DNA of 64,000 nucleotides from Neovahlkampfia damariscottae (Eukaryota): NCBI GenBank assembly GCA_016618085.1, contig JABLTG010000041.1, positions 1 to 64,000 of the forward strand, read 5' to 3'. Shown piece by piece: positions 25,985 to 37,574 of this stretch (position 1 is its first letter; each line of letters starts with the position of its first letter). The notes under the pieces were generated by a model. It saw only the letters and a program-made list of their open reading frames with translations, ran no database searches and was not told where the DNA came from. The position numbers and the translations under genes were made by a program.

Positions 25985-26662
25985 TTACCAATATTTGCTA
26001 TTTCCATTTCCAGAAGTTGACATTGGACATGCACCTTGTGAAACAATGGTAACTCCATTTGCTGTGGCAACACAAGCATTTAAATAAGTGATTCCATCAG
26101 CTCCACAAACAGGATGAAATTTTGAAGAGCAACCATTTCCATTACCAGAGGTTCCCATAGCAGTTGTACATTTGCATTGACAATTTTGCATTGTCATTCC
26201 ATTTCCTGATGTTCCCATTGCACAAGCACCTTGACTTACAACTGTAACACCAGCACAAGCAGCTAAACATGCGTTTTGATAAGTTACTCCATTAGATCCA
26301 CAAACAGGATTGACTTCTTGTGTACACATGCATTTCTTGTATCCATTTCCATTTCCATTTCCATTTCCAGAGGTGACAATTGCATTTCCATTTCCTGTGT
26401 TAGCATTTCCATTTCCATTTCCATTTCCATTTCCATTTCCATTTCCATTGCCGTTTCCATTCATTGGACATGCACCCATGCTAACAACAGCCACTCCAGC
26501 ACAAGCTGCCAAACAAGGGTTTGCATAAGTTATACCATTTGCACCACAAACAGGATTAAATTCATTGCTGCAAATACAAGCAGGGTTTGTTTTCTTATAA
26601 GCAAAAACAGTTGAAATCAATACAAATTGAATTACGAAAGCAAAAATTAAATTGAACTTCAT
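25985..26662 (-). CDS. Secreted three-Kazal-domain protein with (GN)n repeats, copy 5
   Basis: Start MKFNLI at 26662; three Kazal motifs separated by NG tracts. Confidence 0.9.
   Translation of the reverse strand: MKFNLIFAFVIQFVLISTVFAYKKTNPACICSNEFNPVCGANGITYANPCLAACAGVAVVSMGACPMNGNGNGNGNGNGNGNGNGNANTGNGNAIVTSGNGNGNGNGYKKCMCTQEVNPVCGSNGVTYQNACLAACAGVTVVSQGACAMGTSGNGMTMQNCQCKCTTAMGTSGNGNGCSSKFHPVCGADGITYLNACVATANGVTIVSQGACPMSTSGNGNSKYW
26343..26462. repeat. Coding hexamer microsatellite (CCATTT)n encoding Asn-Gly repeats
   Basis: Tandem tttcca units in two runs within Kazal copy 5. Confidence 0.85.
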
Positions 26663-26819
26663 TTTGACAAAATTAAGAAAAATCAAGCAAAATAAAAAAA
26701 AATAAATCAATTAAATCAACAAAAATTAGGACAAACCAAAAAAAACACTAAAATTGGAGATTTCATCCACGTTCAAAATATCACCAAATTTAGATTAGTT
26801 GTCTTTGCCTGAACTGGAA

Positions 26820-28020
26820 TTATTCAGGATTCATTTTGCAAAATAACTTGTACATTGAGGATTTTTCTCGTATATTTTGCACTTCTTTTATCACAGTTTT
26901 AGCTATTGAATCAATTTCCTTTTCAGTTGCAAACCTGTTGAAGTTAAAAGTCAATGATTCGTCAACAATTTCTGTGGTTCCAGTTGAAGCACATAAAACA
27001 TTTCGATTTTTCGATTTTACAACCCTTGATGGAACAAAAGCATATTCAGATTTCTTCAAGCCATTACCTACATATTTGAAATTGACGTTTAAAATTCCAG
27101 GATTTCTTTTTTCACTTTCACAGACAATTTCAATGAAACGTAATTCTTCTTTAAGCTTTGTGAATAACTTCATAGATAGATTTTTCATTATTTCGATATC
27201 ATTCATCATATTAAGTTGTAAAAATTCAATAGCTTCTGCAAAATCTTGTAACGATGATTTTTCCTCTTTGCTGAATTCGTTTTGTGAAAATTTGAAAGGA
27301 AAATCATTTCCGGTGTAAATTATATCAAAATCTTCATTTTGAATGATTTCTTTTGATGAAAATGACAACAAATTAACATGCAAATCATCAACATTCATTG
27401 GAATTTTTCCAATAATTTTTGATGCGTCAGTGTGAAAAAGTGTCTCATTTTTTTGACAAATTTTTGAAATTTCAGAAATTGGTTGTATAACTCCATTTTT
27501 TGGATTACAGAAAGCAACTGAAACAAGTGAAGTGTTGGTCCTGAAAAAAAATGGTTAAAAATTGAAATTCATTACTTCAGTTTTGAATGTAATTCTCCAA
27601 GTAATTCTTGTCCATTTTTTTGAAGGTAATCTACTTCAAATCCTTGTTGTTCTAAAATATGAAAAGTATCCAAAACAGATTTATTTTCCTTTTGAATGTT
27701 TAGTTTTTCAAAAGTTCAAACAAGTTTGGTAGTAATGAAATGATTCTTGCCTTTATTTGATTGAAAAAGTGCAGTTTCCAATAAAAAATTCATGTGAGTT
27801 TGTTTTTGATTAAATCTGAAATTAACATTATTTAGTTTTGCCTTTAAAAAAAAATTAACATTTTTTTTTGAAAGTTAAACTCCGATAAACTTAAATAGTT
27901 TCTTTTGATTTTAGTATAATTTAGAGATACTTTTTTTTCACTGTCAATCAGTTTTGAATCAGAGGTAAAGTTTCTGTCAAAGAGATTCACTCTCATCAGG
28001 ATTTTTGTAAAATTTTTCAT
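26820..28020 (-). CDS. Degenerate cysteine desulfurase (NFS1/IscS-like) paralogue, probably non-catalytic; 4 introns
   Basis: Spliced product reads HFITTKL|ENKSVLD..LEQQGFEVDYL, TSLVSV, GVIQPISEISKIC, FHTDASKIIGKIPMNV, PGILNVNF, FNRFATEKEID; introns 27902-27930, 27842-27880, 27689-27721, 27541-27575. Confidence 0.75.
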
Positions 28021-28049
28021 TGTCCAATCACCAGAATTAGAATTTTTTA

Positions 28050-28530
28050 TTTGAAAATTTTCCATATTCTTCATATTCTTCTCTGGTTTTCGACTGATAA
28101 CTTGATAATGATGACAAAATCGAACCTCCTATCCACACAGAATACCTTCTTTCAATTGCTGGAAAAATTAGAAGAAGACAATTGGATTACTAGATGTTAT
28201 TTTGATGCTCTTCCTTGGATACTTTAGTTTAAATCTTTCTCAATTCTCTCAGAAAATCCAGTCAGAAACGTATTTCCTCCATAAACATAAATATTCTGAA
28301 AAAGAACATTTCTTGTATCAATTGGACTTGCTTTGATACATTTGTCAATCATATCCACAACACCATATTCCTCAAATCCAAATAATTCTGGCTGAAATAA
28401 AATTTCTGTGGACTCATATAATTCTTCACCCAATAAAATTTCTTCATTGTCTGGTAGCAAATATTTCATTTCTTTGTAATTTTTTTTTGCTTTTCAACAT
28501 CTAATGAAACGTAACATAGTTTTTCAAATT
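28050..28530 (-). pseudogene. Actin-like gene remnant (C-terminal half, frameshifted)
   Basis: [53 protein letters not shown], with frame breaks near 28470 and 28225; no N-terminal half seen. Confidence 0.7.
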
Positions 28531-28743
28531 TATTAAAAATGATAAATACTTCATGATTATTGATTAAGGTCATTGAGTTTTTTTGTAAGCTCACTGATTA
28601 TTTCATCTTTTTTTTGTAGAGCTCTCAAATATGAAACAACAACTTAAAAGAGACATTTCTGCTTCAATTTTTTTTTTTTTGGATTTCTTTGTATTCTTTT
28701 GGCACGTTGAGCAATGACTTCATCTCTTGAGAGCTAAGAACAT

Positions 28744-29124
28744 TTAAACCTTTTTTTTTTTTTTGTATTGCCCAGATTTCATTTCAAGCCATTTTATTAC
28801 TTTTACACTTTGATGTTGAGATGGTTGAATTTGAAGAATATGGGAAAATAAGTTGTTTTGACAATGTTCATAAAATTGATGAGAAAAGGAAAAAATTATT
28901 GACATAATTTCTTCGACTTCCAATAAACAGCTCATGCCTGAAACCTTTTTGTCAATATCCAATTTTATGTTTGAAAATTTTTTGTCAAAAATCTCAAAAA
29001 TTTCTTTAAGCACTTGAGGTTGTTCGTTTATGACAACTTGGATCTTTTTAACAGCGCAACTTCTTTCAATAAAGCCCATTTCTTCCGCGTCTTCAAAAAA
29101 TTCTTCAAAATGAATTCGAACCAA
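28744..29124 (-). CDS. Hypothetical ORF, possibly a remnant
   Basis: 126-codon open frame with no clear ATG or motif. Confidence 0.25.
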   Translation of the reverse strand: MVRIHFEEFFEDAEEMGFIERSCAVKKIQVVINEQPQVLKEIFEIFDKKFSNIKLDIDKKVSGMSCLLEVEEIMSIIFSFSHQFYEHCQNNLFSHILQIQPSQHQSVKVIKWLEMKSGQYKKKKKV

Positions 29125-29137
29125 TCTTTTAAGAAAA

Positions 29138-29467
29138 ATGAGTGAATCATCAAACGTGAAAAGTACAAGTTCAACTTATGATTACCTTGTATCTTCAGTT
29201 GTTGGTTTATCATCTTCAGCTCTAATTCAACCAATTTTGGGTGTTGCTGGATTTAAAAGCACAGGTATAGCTACAGGAACAGTCGGAGCAAAACTTATGT
29301 CTTTGTATGGTGGAAATCTTGCTACAGGAACATTTGTGTCTTTATGTCAAAGTGCTGGAGTTATCGGAGTCTCCATGACAACAACAGCAATGGTTACAAT
29401 TCCAATAGGAATTTCAACTTATGGAGCAATTAAACTTTATCAGCATTATACGAAAGATGAAGAATAA
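29138..29467 (+). CDS. IFI6/IFI27 (ISG12)-like small membrane protein
   Basis: GFKSTGIATGTVGAKLMS..GG...G..VSLCQSAG family signature. Confidence 0.75.
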   Translation: MSESSNVKSTSSTYDYLVSSVVGLSSSALIQPILGVAGFKSTGIATGTVGAKLMSLYGGNLATGTFVSLCQSAGVIGVSMTTTAMVTIPIGISTYGAIKLYQHYTKDEE

Positions 29468-29883
29468 ATTTCATTTATTCGATAAAATTTTATATTCTAC
29501 AGAACAAAGATCAAACTGGTCTGATGGACGTAGAAACATTCAAAAGAATGATGAGCATGAGTACTTACCGAGAAATTGACTCCACCAAGTTTGAGAATGC
29601 CAAGAATTACGTAATTTTAAGGCTCAAGGAATGCCAGATGTCTCATCAAAAAAGCCACTTATTTTTTCTGTCCCAGAAATCTCTTGAAGATAAAGTTAAT
29701 CAGTTGGCTACTAAAGGAAATTTTTTTGGGGCGTCTTCAAAAACTAACAAAAATTCTATTATTTTCGAAGAATATTCTTCTATTCTATTTATATATTCTA
29801 TTTTTATCTTTTATATTCCAATCAATTCTCCAAATAGATCAATCAAACTTCCTCTGTTTTTTGAACATAAACACAAGTGAAAA

Positions 29884-30999
29884 ATGGAAGAAATAGAAAA
29901 AATTATCATTGATATAGGAACTTATGAAACCAAAGTAGGTTTTGCTGGACATGAAATTCCATACAAAAGTTTTCCTTCAATCTATGGTTATATCAAATCA
30001 TCAAATGTTATGGGTTTGGAACCTGAAAGACTTAATGGTTCAGAAGCAAAGATGAAAAGAGGGAATTATCACATAAAAAATTTGATTCAAAATCAAAAAG
30101 TAGTCGACTGGGACGAGATGATCAGTTTTTTGGAACATTGTTTTTATAATCAAGCAAGAACGGATACAGAAGAAGTTATTGTAGCTTTAAGTGAATATCC
30201 ATTGACAAGTGAAAAAGAAAGGATGAAAAAAACAGAAATCATTTTTGAAACTTTCAACAGTTTGGGTTTGTATCTGGGAAATTCTGCATTTCTTTCATTA
30301 GTTGCTTCAGGACGTGATACCGGACTTGTACTGGATTCAGGGTATGAAATGACATATGTTGTTCCTATTTTAAGAGGATCACCCTTAAATCCGTCAATAG
30401 TCTCAGATAACTATGGAGGCAAAACTATCACTGAATTTTTGTTGAAAAAATTACGTGAAAGGACTGGTTTAAAATTAAACAAGAGTTATGAAATAGATAG
30501 TATACGTGATATTAAAGAAAACTATTGCTATATTGCTAAAGATTTTACTTCAGAGCTCTTGAAACTAAAATCTGAAAAATTAACACAAACAGAATTTGTG
30601 TTGCCAGATGGAACACTCCTGTCAATTGGAGACGAGAAAATCAATTGTATAGAAATAATGTTCAATCCTGTTGAAGACAAATTTGAACCAGTTCATGAAC
30701 TTCTCAATGTTTCAATTCGTAGATGTGATTTAGATTTCAGAAAAGATTTATATCAAAATATTGTTCTTTCAGGATCTAATACTTTATTCAAAGGGTTTTC
30801 TGAAAGATTAAAAAATGAAATGATTGAAATTTCGCCTAAATCTGAAAACATTTATGTAATCAACAATCAAAAATATTCCACGTTTCTTGGAGCATCTATT
30901 TGGTCAACTATATCAACTTTTGGCAGCAATTGTCTTCTAAAAGATGAATACAATGAATATGGTCCAAAGATTATTAATTGGAAAATGAATAACATATAG
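29884..30999 (+). CDS. Divergent actin / actin-related protein, intronless
   Basis: IIIDIGT..KVGFAG, FETFN, GRDTGLVLDSG, IKENYCY, LPDG, DLYQNIVLSGSNT; 371 aa. Confidence 0.9.
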   Translation: MEEIEKIIIDIGTYETKVGFAGHEIPYKSFPSIYGYIKSSNVMGLEPERLNGSEAKMKRGNYHIKNLIQNQKVVDWDEMISFLEHCFYNQARTDTEEVIVALSEYPLTSEKERMKKTEIIFETFNSLGLYLGNSAFLSLVASGRDTGLVLDSGYEMTYVVPILRGSPLNPSIVSDNYGGKTITEFLLKKLRERTGLKLNKSYEIDSIRDIKENYCYIAKDFTSELLKLKSEKLTQTEFVLPDGTLLSIGDEKINCIEIMFNPVEDKFEPVHELLNVSIRRCDLDFRKDLYQNIVLSGSNTLFKGFSERLKNEMIEISPKSENIYVINNQKYSTFLGASIWSTISTFGSNCLLKDEYNEYGPKIINWKMNNI

Positions 31000-31149
31000 T
31001 TGAGTTGTATTCCAAATTTCTTGAAATCTTTGTATTTTCAAAATAAAATTCTCAAAAACATGAAAATTCTCCGAAAAATCTTTGAATCTTCTTCATTTTT
31101 ATCCGACCAGTTGACCAATAAAATCAATTTTATTTTTTGTTGTTAAAAA

Positions 31150-31811
31150 ATGGATCCAGTAACAGGATTAACATCAGCAGAAAAGCAAATTGTAAACAGC
31201 CAATTTTCACTTTATATATCGTAATATTTTTCATATTTTAAAGACAACAGAGCAAATAAACAACATGATATGACAGAAAAAGATAAAGAATGTTTCAACA
31301 AATTAAATCAATATAAACAAAAATACAATGATATATTTTACACAACAAGTGCTATTTTTTGGCTTGGTTCAATGCCTTTATATACTGAAAAATTTTCCTC
31401 ACCAACAATTTTTCGTTTAAAACAAGCATTATTAAAAATAAGACCATGGAAAGGTATGAATAGTACAATAATGAGATTTGCTATTGTTTTTACAAATATG
31501 TCATATTGGTCTTTGAAATCATATGACGAATATACCAAGAATTTAATTCCTGAAATTGCTAAGTTGGATACACAATATGGAAAAAAACTACGTTCAATGT
31601 AAGAATAGTTTTTCAATATTTTTTATTTTTTTTTAGCATTCGTGAAACGCAACCAAATAGTCCACTTGTTCATGGAACTTTTAGTTATGAAATTGATGAA
31701 CAACCAGAAGAAGAAAATGAAAATGGAAATGAATTTTCACAAGAAGAAAAAATTAAAAAATTGGAACATCAGCTGGAATTGTTGAAAAAAAGAAAATATG
31801 AACAAAAATGA
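31150..31811 (+). CDS. Hypothetical protein, 2 introns
   Basis: CCAAT at 31115, ATG at 31150; in-frame splicing around ORF 31270-31602. Confidence 0.55.
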
Positions 31812-31820
31812 ATGAAAATT

Positions 31821-33408
31821 TTACACTCTTTGTGAAACTTTTCCATAAACATCATCAAATGATTTTTCACAATCATATTTTTCCCTCATTTTGTCATACA
31901 ATTCATGATCAAACATTTCACGAAATTCTTCTCTTGTCATATAAGTATCTGCATAAAGCATTTGAAATCCTTGAACATCTCTGACATATTTTTCAACAGT
32001 TCTATGTGATGATTTGACTTCAAAATTTTTAACTTTTGGAGTTCCATAACAACCAAGATCAACGAACATTTCTTCATCTGTTTTATTTGTTAATAATCCT
32101 TTTGTTGTTTTTGGTAATACAAATGGACAAATCCAAAGTGGATAGACTTTCCATTCATCATCAAAAACTTTGAGTGATTTTTCCATTAAACTTAAAGGCA
32201 CTAACATATCTTGAACAACATGATGGTTTTTATAAAGTTCACGTACTTCTTTAGTTTGAGTTAATTTCAAAAATGACACTTTTGGTGGAACTAACCATCC
32301 AAAGAGATATCTAAAAATTACATTATTTCCAAATGGAAGAATTTCACTCATTTCCCAAAAGATTGATTTTGTATGTCTATGGTAATAATGTCTTAATGGA
32401 ATATATTCATCTCCTTCTTTGTTTAAAAATGTTTCAACATGTTTGTAAAACCAAGGTTTGTAAAAATTACCAATGGAATTGATTTTACTTTTTTCTGGTT
32501 CATCTGTGAAATCACCAGTCATTAAAACAGCTGAATCTTTTGAATACACTAAAGCTTCAATAAATTCATGTTTTCCACCTGATTCTTTTGTTAATAATTC
32601 TTGACATTCTTTAATGGATTTGCAAGGTTTATAATTCAAATGAACGTATTTTTTACATGGAATTATTTCTAATTCAATTCCAACAACAAATCCAATTGTT
32701 CCATATGACCACGGGATTGCATCAAATAAATCTCTGTTTTCATCTTTTGAGCATTTTACTAAAGTTCCATCTTTCATTACAACTTCAAATGAAACACAAA
32801 TATGTTGCATTAATCCATATTTATGAGATGATGTTTCAATACCTGTTCCAGCAACAAGGCCTCCAACTGTGAGATCATCAAGTTCTGGTAAAATTTTCAA
32901 AGTCCAACCAAGTGGGAGTAAACAAGCAGTTAATTGTCCGCAACTAACATTTGGTTCACATAAAATAGTTCTTTTTTCAGTGTCCACTTTGATAATATCA
33001 ATTAAATTTAATAAGTTAATTTTGTTATAATTTTTGTTATCACTTTTTTTGTAAGCAGCTTCACTTGTATTCATGGTCATCCAACCAGAACGACTGGTAC
33101 AAAGTTTTTTACTTGGATTTGCTTTTTTAACTTGTTCTTGAATGTTCTTCACTTTTTCTTCATGGTTGACTGAATCTTTTCTATATCTGAAAGTGATGAT
33201 ACTTCTGATATGCCAATATAAATCAAATAAGAATGATAAAGGTAATAAAACAAAACAAACAATAATCCATCTATGGAATGAGTTAAATTTTGTTTTACCT
33301 GTAATCTGTAGCTATAAACTTGACTAAAGTTTTGTTCAAGATACTAATGATTGGAGAAAGAATAAAAGCTAACAAAGAAATAACAGGTTGACAACAGAAC
33401 TTCAACAT
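31821..33408 (-). CDS. DHCR24: Delta(24)-sterol reductase
   Basis: PELDDLTVGGL, GIETSSHKYGL, AIPWSYGT, IPLRHYYHRH, GFQMLYAD; first exon from ATG 33408. Confidence 0.93.
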
Positions 33409-33499
33409 CCTTGGTTCTGGGTTCGTTCTACTTTGATGAGTTTTATCCAATAAAAATCATTCGGAATTTATCACAATCGGAAAATTTCAATGAATGAAT

Positions 33500-34095
33500 T
33501 TATTTTTTCTCTTTTAATTTTTTCATTTTATTTTCAAGATTATCCATTGAAAGCTCAGTTGAATCAATTTCTTTAAGAGGTACCAAAGCCACAGCAACAT
33601 TTCTGTCTTCTTGATTTAAAATATTATAAGTGGATAAAGCTGAAAACTACATTAAAGTCAGAAGAGTTAAATTTTCAAAATTTACTGTGGACATTGTTTC
33701 AACTGAAATTCCAAAATCATCAAAATGTTTATAAATCTCTGGATCAATTTTTTCTTGTTTTTCGCCTGTTCCAATTAATAAAATATCAGGTAAAGGGTTC
33801 AAATGTTGTACAATTGATAAACTATTTAATGTAATCTCTTTATATGATTTACAATCCCACAGAAAAGCATTTCTTGGAAATAAAATTAAACTTCCAAATA
33901 AATGAGTGTCATTTAAAAGAAATCCGTGGTCAAAATAACCTGTAACTAACATATTCGGTCTTGACAAAAAATTATTTAATTTTGTGTTTTTTACATTGTT
34001 GCTTGAAACATATTCATGTCATCAAGTTTTGAGTAATTCCTCAGAACTATAGGATTCAATTTTTTAATTTTTTGGGTTTGTTTGAACAACTTCAT
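33500..34095 (-). CDS. NDUFAF3: Complex I assembly factor NDUFAF3 (Mth938/DUF498 domain)
   Basis: PDILLIGTG, GISVETMST|..STYNILNQEDRNVAVAL; basic presequence-like N-terminus. Confidence 0.8.
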
Positions 34096-34159
34096 GTTTT
34101 TTTTGTAAGAAAAAGTGACCAATAAAAATGAAAAAGAAATCGACCAATTGAAAAGTGTA

Positions 34160-37100
34160 TTATTGAATTCTTCTCATGACGTTTGTGATTGAATCAAATA
34201 ACAGCATATAAATTGGTATAACTGATGAAAAAAATGATAAAATTCCAGCTATGATGAATACAATAATGGTCATTTGATAAGGAAATATAAAAGGCAATTG
34301 TAATTGAGTGAATAAAGATCTTTGACTGATATAAGTATAGGCAACAAACGATCCTATCACTAATCCCATCAATAAAGATGATATTATTAATATAAATGAT
34401 TCATAAAGATATATTCTCATGATTGGGAATCTTCTTGTTCCAAGCGCTCGCAGAATAGCTATTTCTTTTGATTGTTGTATTACATTTGTGTACATACTTG
34501 AAGTTAAACTAAAGAAACACATAATCATAACAATAATTGTTGTCAAAACTGAGAAAGCAAACAATGAGTCATTGGCAATTTGAAGTCCAACAATTTTTTC
34601 GTTTGAATCAGAAACTGACATTGGAATCCCTAAATGCATCAATTTTTGGCGAACGACATCAATTTCCTTTTGAGTTGCTGACGTTTGAAATTTTATATAA
34701 ACATGTTGGATTGGAATTGTATCAACCCTGTGGTGAGGAGAGTTTCCATTTTGGGTAAATTTTACAAAAGTTGGAAATGATACCAAGGCATCTTGCATTC
34801 TTCTTTGAGGAAATTCTGATAATTTGAAAACAGTAGAGGATCTTAAAAATCCAACAGGTTTTAAAATTTCAGTTTTGGTAGGTGGATGTTTATCATTGGT
34901 TTTCAAACTCATCACTAATTTTACTTTTGAATTCAAATCAAAATGAAACATTGATTCATATAATGATCCTCTAATGAATTAAAAAACAATATAACTTACA
35001 AAATTATTCTTCCACTTCCCCAACTGGTATATAATTGATGTCCAATATCAAATCCTGATGGAAATATCTTTGATGGATAATAAAAATCTCTGTCAACAAT
35101 TTCAAAGAAATTTTGTGAAATTGCGTAAATATTTTGATAAACTGCATCATAGTGACCAATGTTACTCAAAGTTGTATTGACATTTGTGACATCACCAAGT
35201 TTATAACTTTTGAAAGTATAACCAGAAATCAATGGTTCCTTGTGTAAGTAGTTTTCTAAATGAGACAATCTTCCTATGATTGAAGTTGGGTACCATGCTT
35301 CTAATCGAACTTTTGATCCAAATTCTTGAAATCTGACGTACTTTAAACCATCGATTTCTGCTCTGAAAGCAACAGTAATGAAAATAATGAAAGATAAAGA
35401 CAAAGCTGCCATAACAGTTGTTTTTCTATTTCTAACACGATGGGAGATTAAATTTTTGCTGACCATATTCCTGACAGCATAATTTTCCCAAAATAAAAAT
35501 AGAATTGTCAAAGTTCTTTCAAAAATAGTTTCAAAATTCAAAGCAAGGACCGACATTCCAACAATCATACAAATCAACAAGAGAAACAACATCCACATCA
35601 ATAAACTAATATCCAATGCCATGAGTGCAAGTGGAAAAAAATAATAAATAACAGCTCCATAGCCTGCAGTGAATGAACCAATAATTACCAGGTTCCAACT
35701 CATTCCACTATCATCACTTCTTTCAATTTTATACATCACTGAAACTGTTCTTGATCTTACAGTATCCAAAGAATCTCTCAATGAATATTGTAATGCATTA
35801 TACATTGGGTACAATGATGATATTATTGGTAATCCAAATCCTAAGACAGTCGCTACAACAGCAGCTTTGGTTGATATAAACATACTCATATCTAATTGTA
35901 AAAATATTCTAAATAAATAATCAATGATGAGATACAATCCTTGTCCTGCAATCAAACCACCTAGCCATCCAGGAAATGCATATGTAAATGCTTGAAGTAA
36001 CACCAATGACACAACACCATGTTTTGACATCCCAAGCATCCTAAGTACACCTAATTCAAAAGTTCTGTTTTCAACATTGACAAGAAGCAAAGAATAAACC
36101 AACAGCACAGATAGAATGGATACGATTGCGATAACCAAGTTCATGATTAACCCAGTGAATAAATTAATCAATTGTGTATTAGATAAATATTTCAAAATTC
36201 TATATTCAGCATTTACCTGAGTGTAACCCAAAAAATACAAAACTAAATTTAGAAGTTATAAATCTTACTTCTTGATCCGAATTTGGCAACTTTGTTTTGA
36301 GTGTCTTGGTAATAAGGTGAATTATAAGCTTCGAGTCGATCTGGCATGTTGAAATATAGGTGAGTAGCAGAAGCATAGAGATTCGTTTTCGAAAAACTAT
36401 AAACTTGTTTTTGATTGAATCCTGGATGTAAATATTTTGTTATATGAGAAATGAAACCATTGTATTCCATTACCATTGCTGTGCTATCACTATCATCAAA
36501 TTTACCCCAAATTGAAACATCTGAGAAAATTGCTCCAACAACCACAGGAATATTAATTCTTCGCATTGCAGAATTAGGTGCATGTTTGTCAGTGATGAAA
36601 CCAGCTTCTCTCATCAAACCAATTGTATTGGTTATAGGAATAATGATGACATCACCAACTTCAACTTTTAATGAATCAGCAACTGCTTGAGCTATGTATA
36701 CAGTTCCATTTGGTAATTTATATCCAAATGCATCAATCCATTCAATTCCCATTCCCATTTTAGCTTCTAATTGAGAATCTATTACAAATAAAAGACTTGA
36801 CCTCCTTCTATTACAAAACTAAATGACGTCAAATTAGAAAAAACAACTTACACGAGGAACACACCACCCTCCACAACGTGCTCTTCCTGAAGCACCAACA
36901 TATGTCCATTTCCATAGTTTCCCATCTCCAACAGTATTGTTCGTTAAATCATGAGGTACGTCACCTTTACAAGAAGATGCTGAAAAAATTTAAAAAAAGA
37001 ATTATTACCTGCATAAGAATCAAGCCTATGTATATACCTTGGAGCGCTGAATGACAGGTCACCATATTTAAAAACATTCCTGCTCGTAATCAACGAATAA

Positions 37101-37485
37101 TTCATCACTGTCCCTGAAAGACCTCCTTGTAAAGTGATTTGTGCATCAAATTCACCATTACTCAATTCAGCTAATCTTAAAAAAACTCTGGGTAAATGGC
37201 CTATTTGTGAATAAAAAAAAAAGTAATACCAACTGCGGTTTGGGCAATAGCAACCATGCAAACAACAACCAAACATGATAAAATTCCAAGTCCAAAATTA
37301 ATTTTTCTGTTAATCATTTCATGATAAGTTTGAATTATTTGATTTTCTGCGTTGTTATAAATAAATGTCAAGAAAGAAATTGTCTTTTTCCAATAATTAA
37401 TTTTTTTGGGCTCCACTGAGTTCAATAATTTATCTTGATCTTCATTTATAGTAGTATGTAAATCATTCAATTCAATGTCTTCCAT
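34160..37485 (-). CDS. FtsX/MacB-type ABC permease (duplicated FtsX domains), multi-exon
   Basis: RTFELGVLRMLG and SKEIAILRALG FtsX motifs; multiple TM segments; start MEDIEL at 37485. Confidence 0.8.
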
Positions 37486-37574
37486 ATGAGTTTGGTGGTT
37501 GGACAGAAGAAAAAATATGCACGTTGGGAAATTGACCAATAAAACAAAAAAAAATTTAACACAAAGAAGTTCAT

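Noticed and set aside
26276..26614. (IS)n and (FP)n ORFs; telomere- or CRISPR-like hexamer repeat
   Set aside because: Antisense readings of the (GN)n coding microsatellite; no spacers and not terminal.
29524..29880. 118-aa ORF just upstream of the actin-like gene
   Set aside because: No motif, and its 3' half looks like AT-rich non-coding sequence; cannot be supported as a gene.
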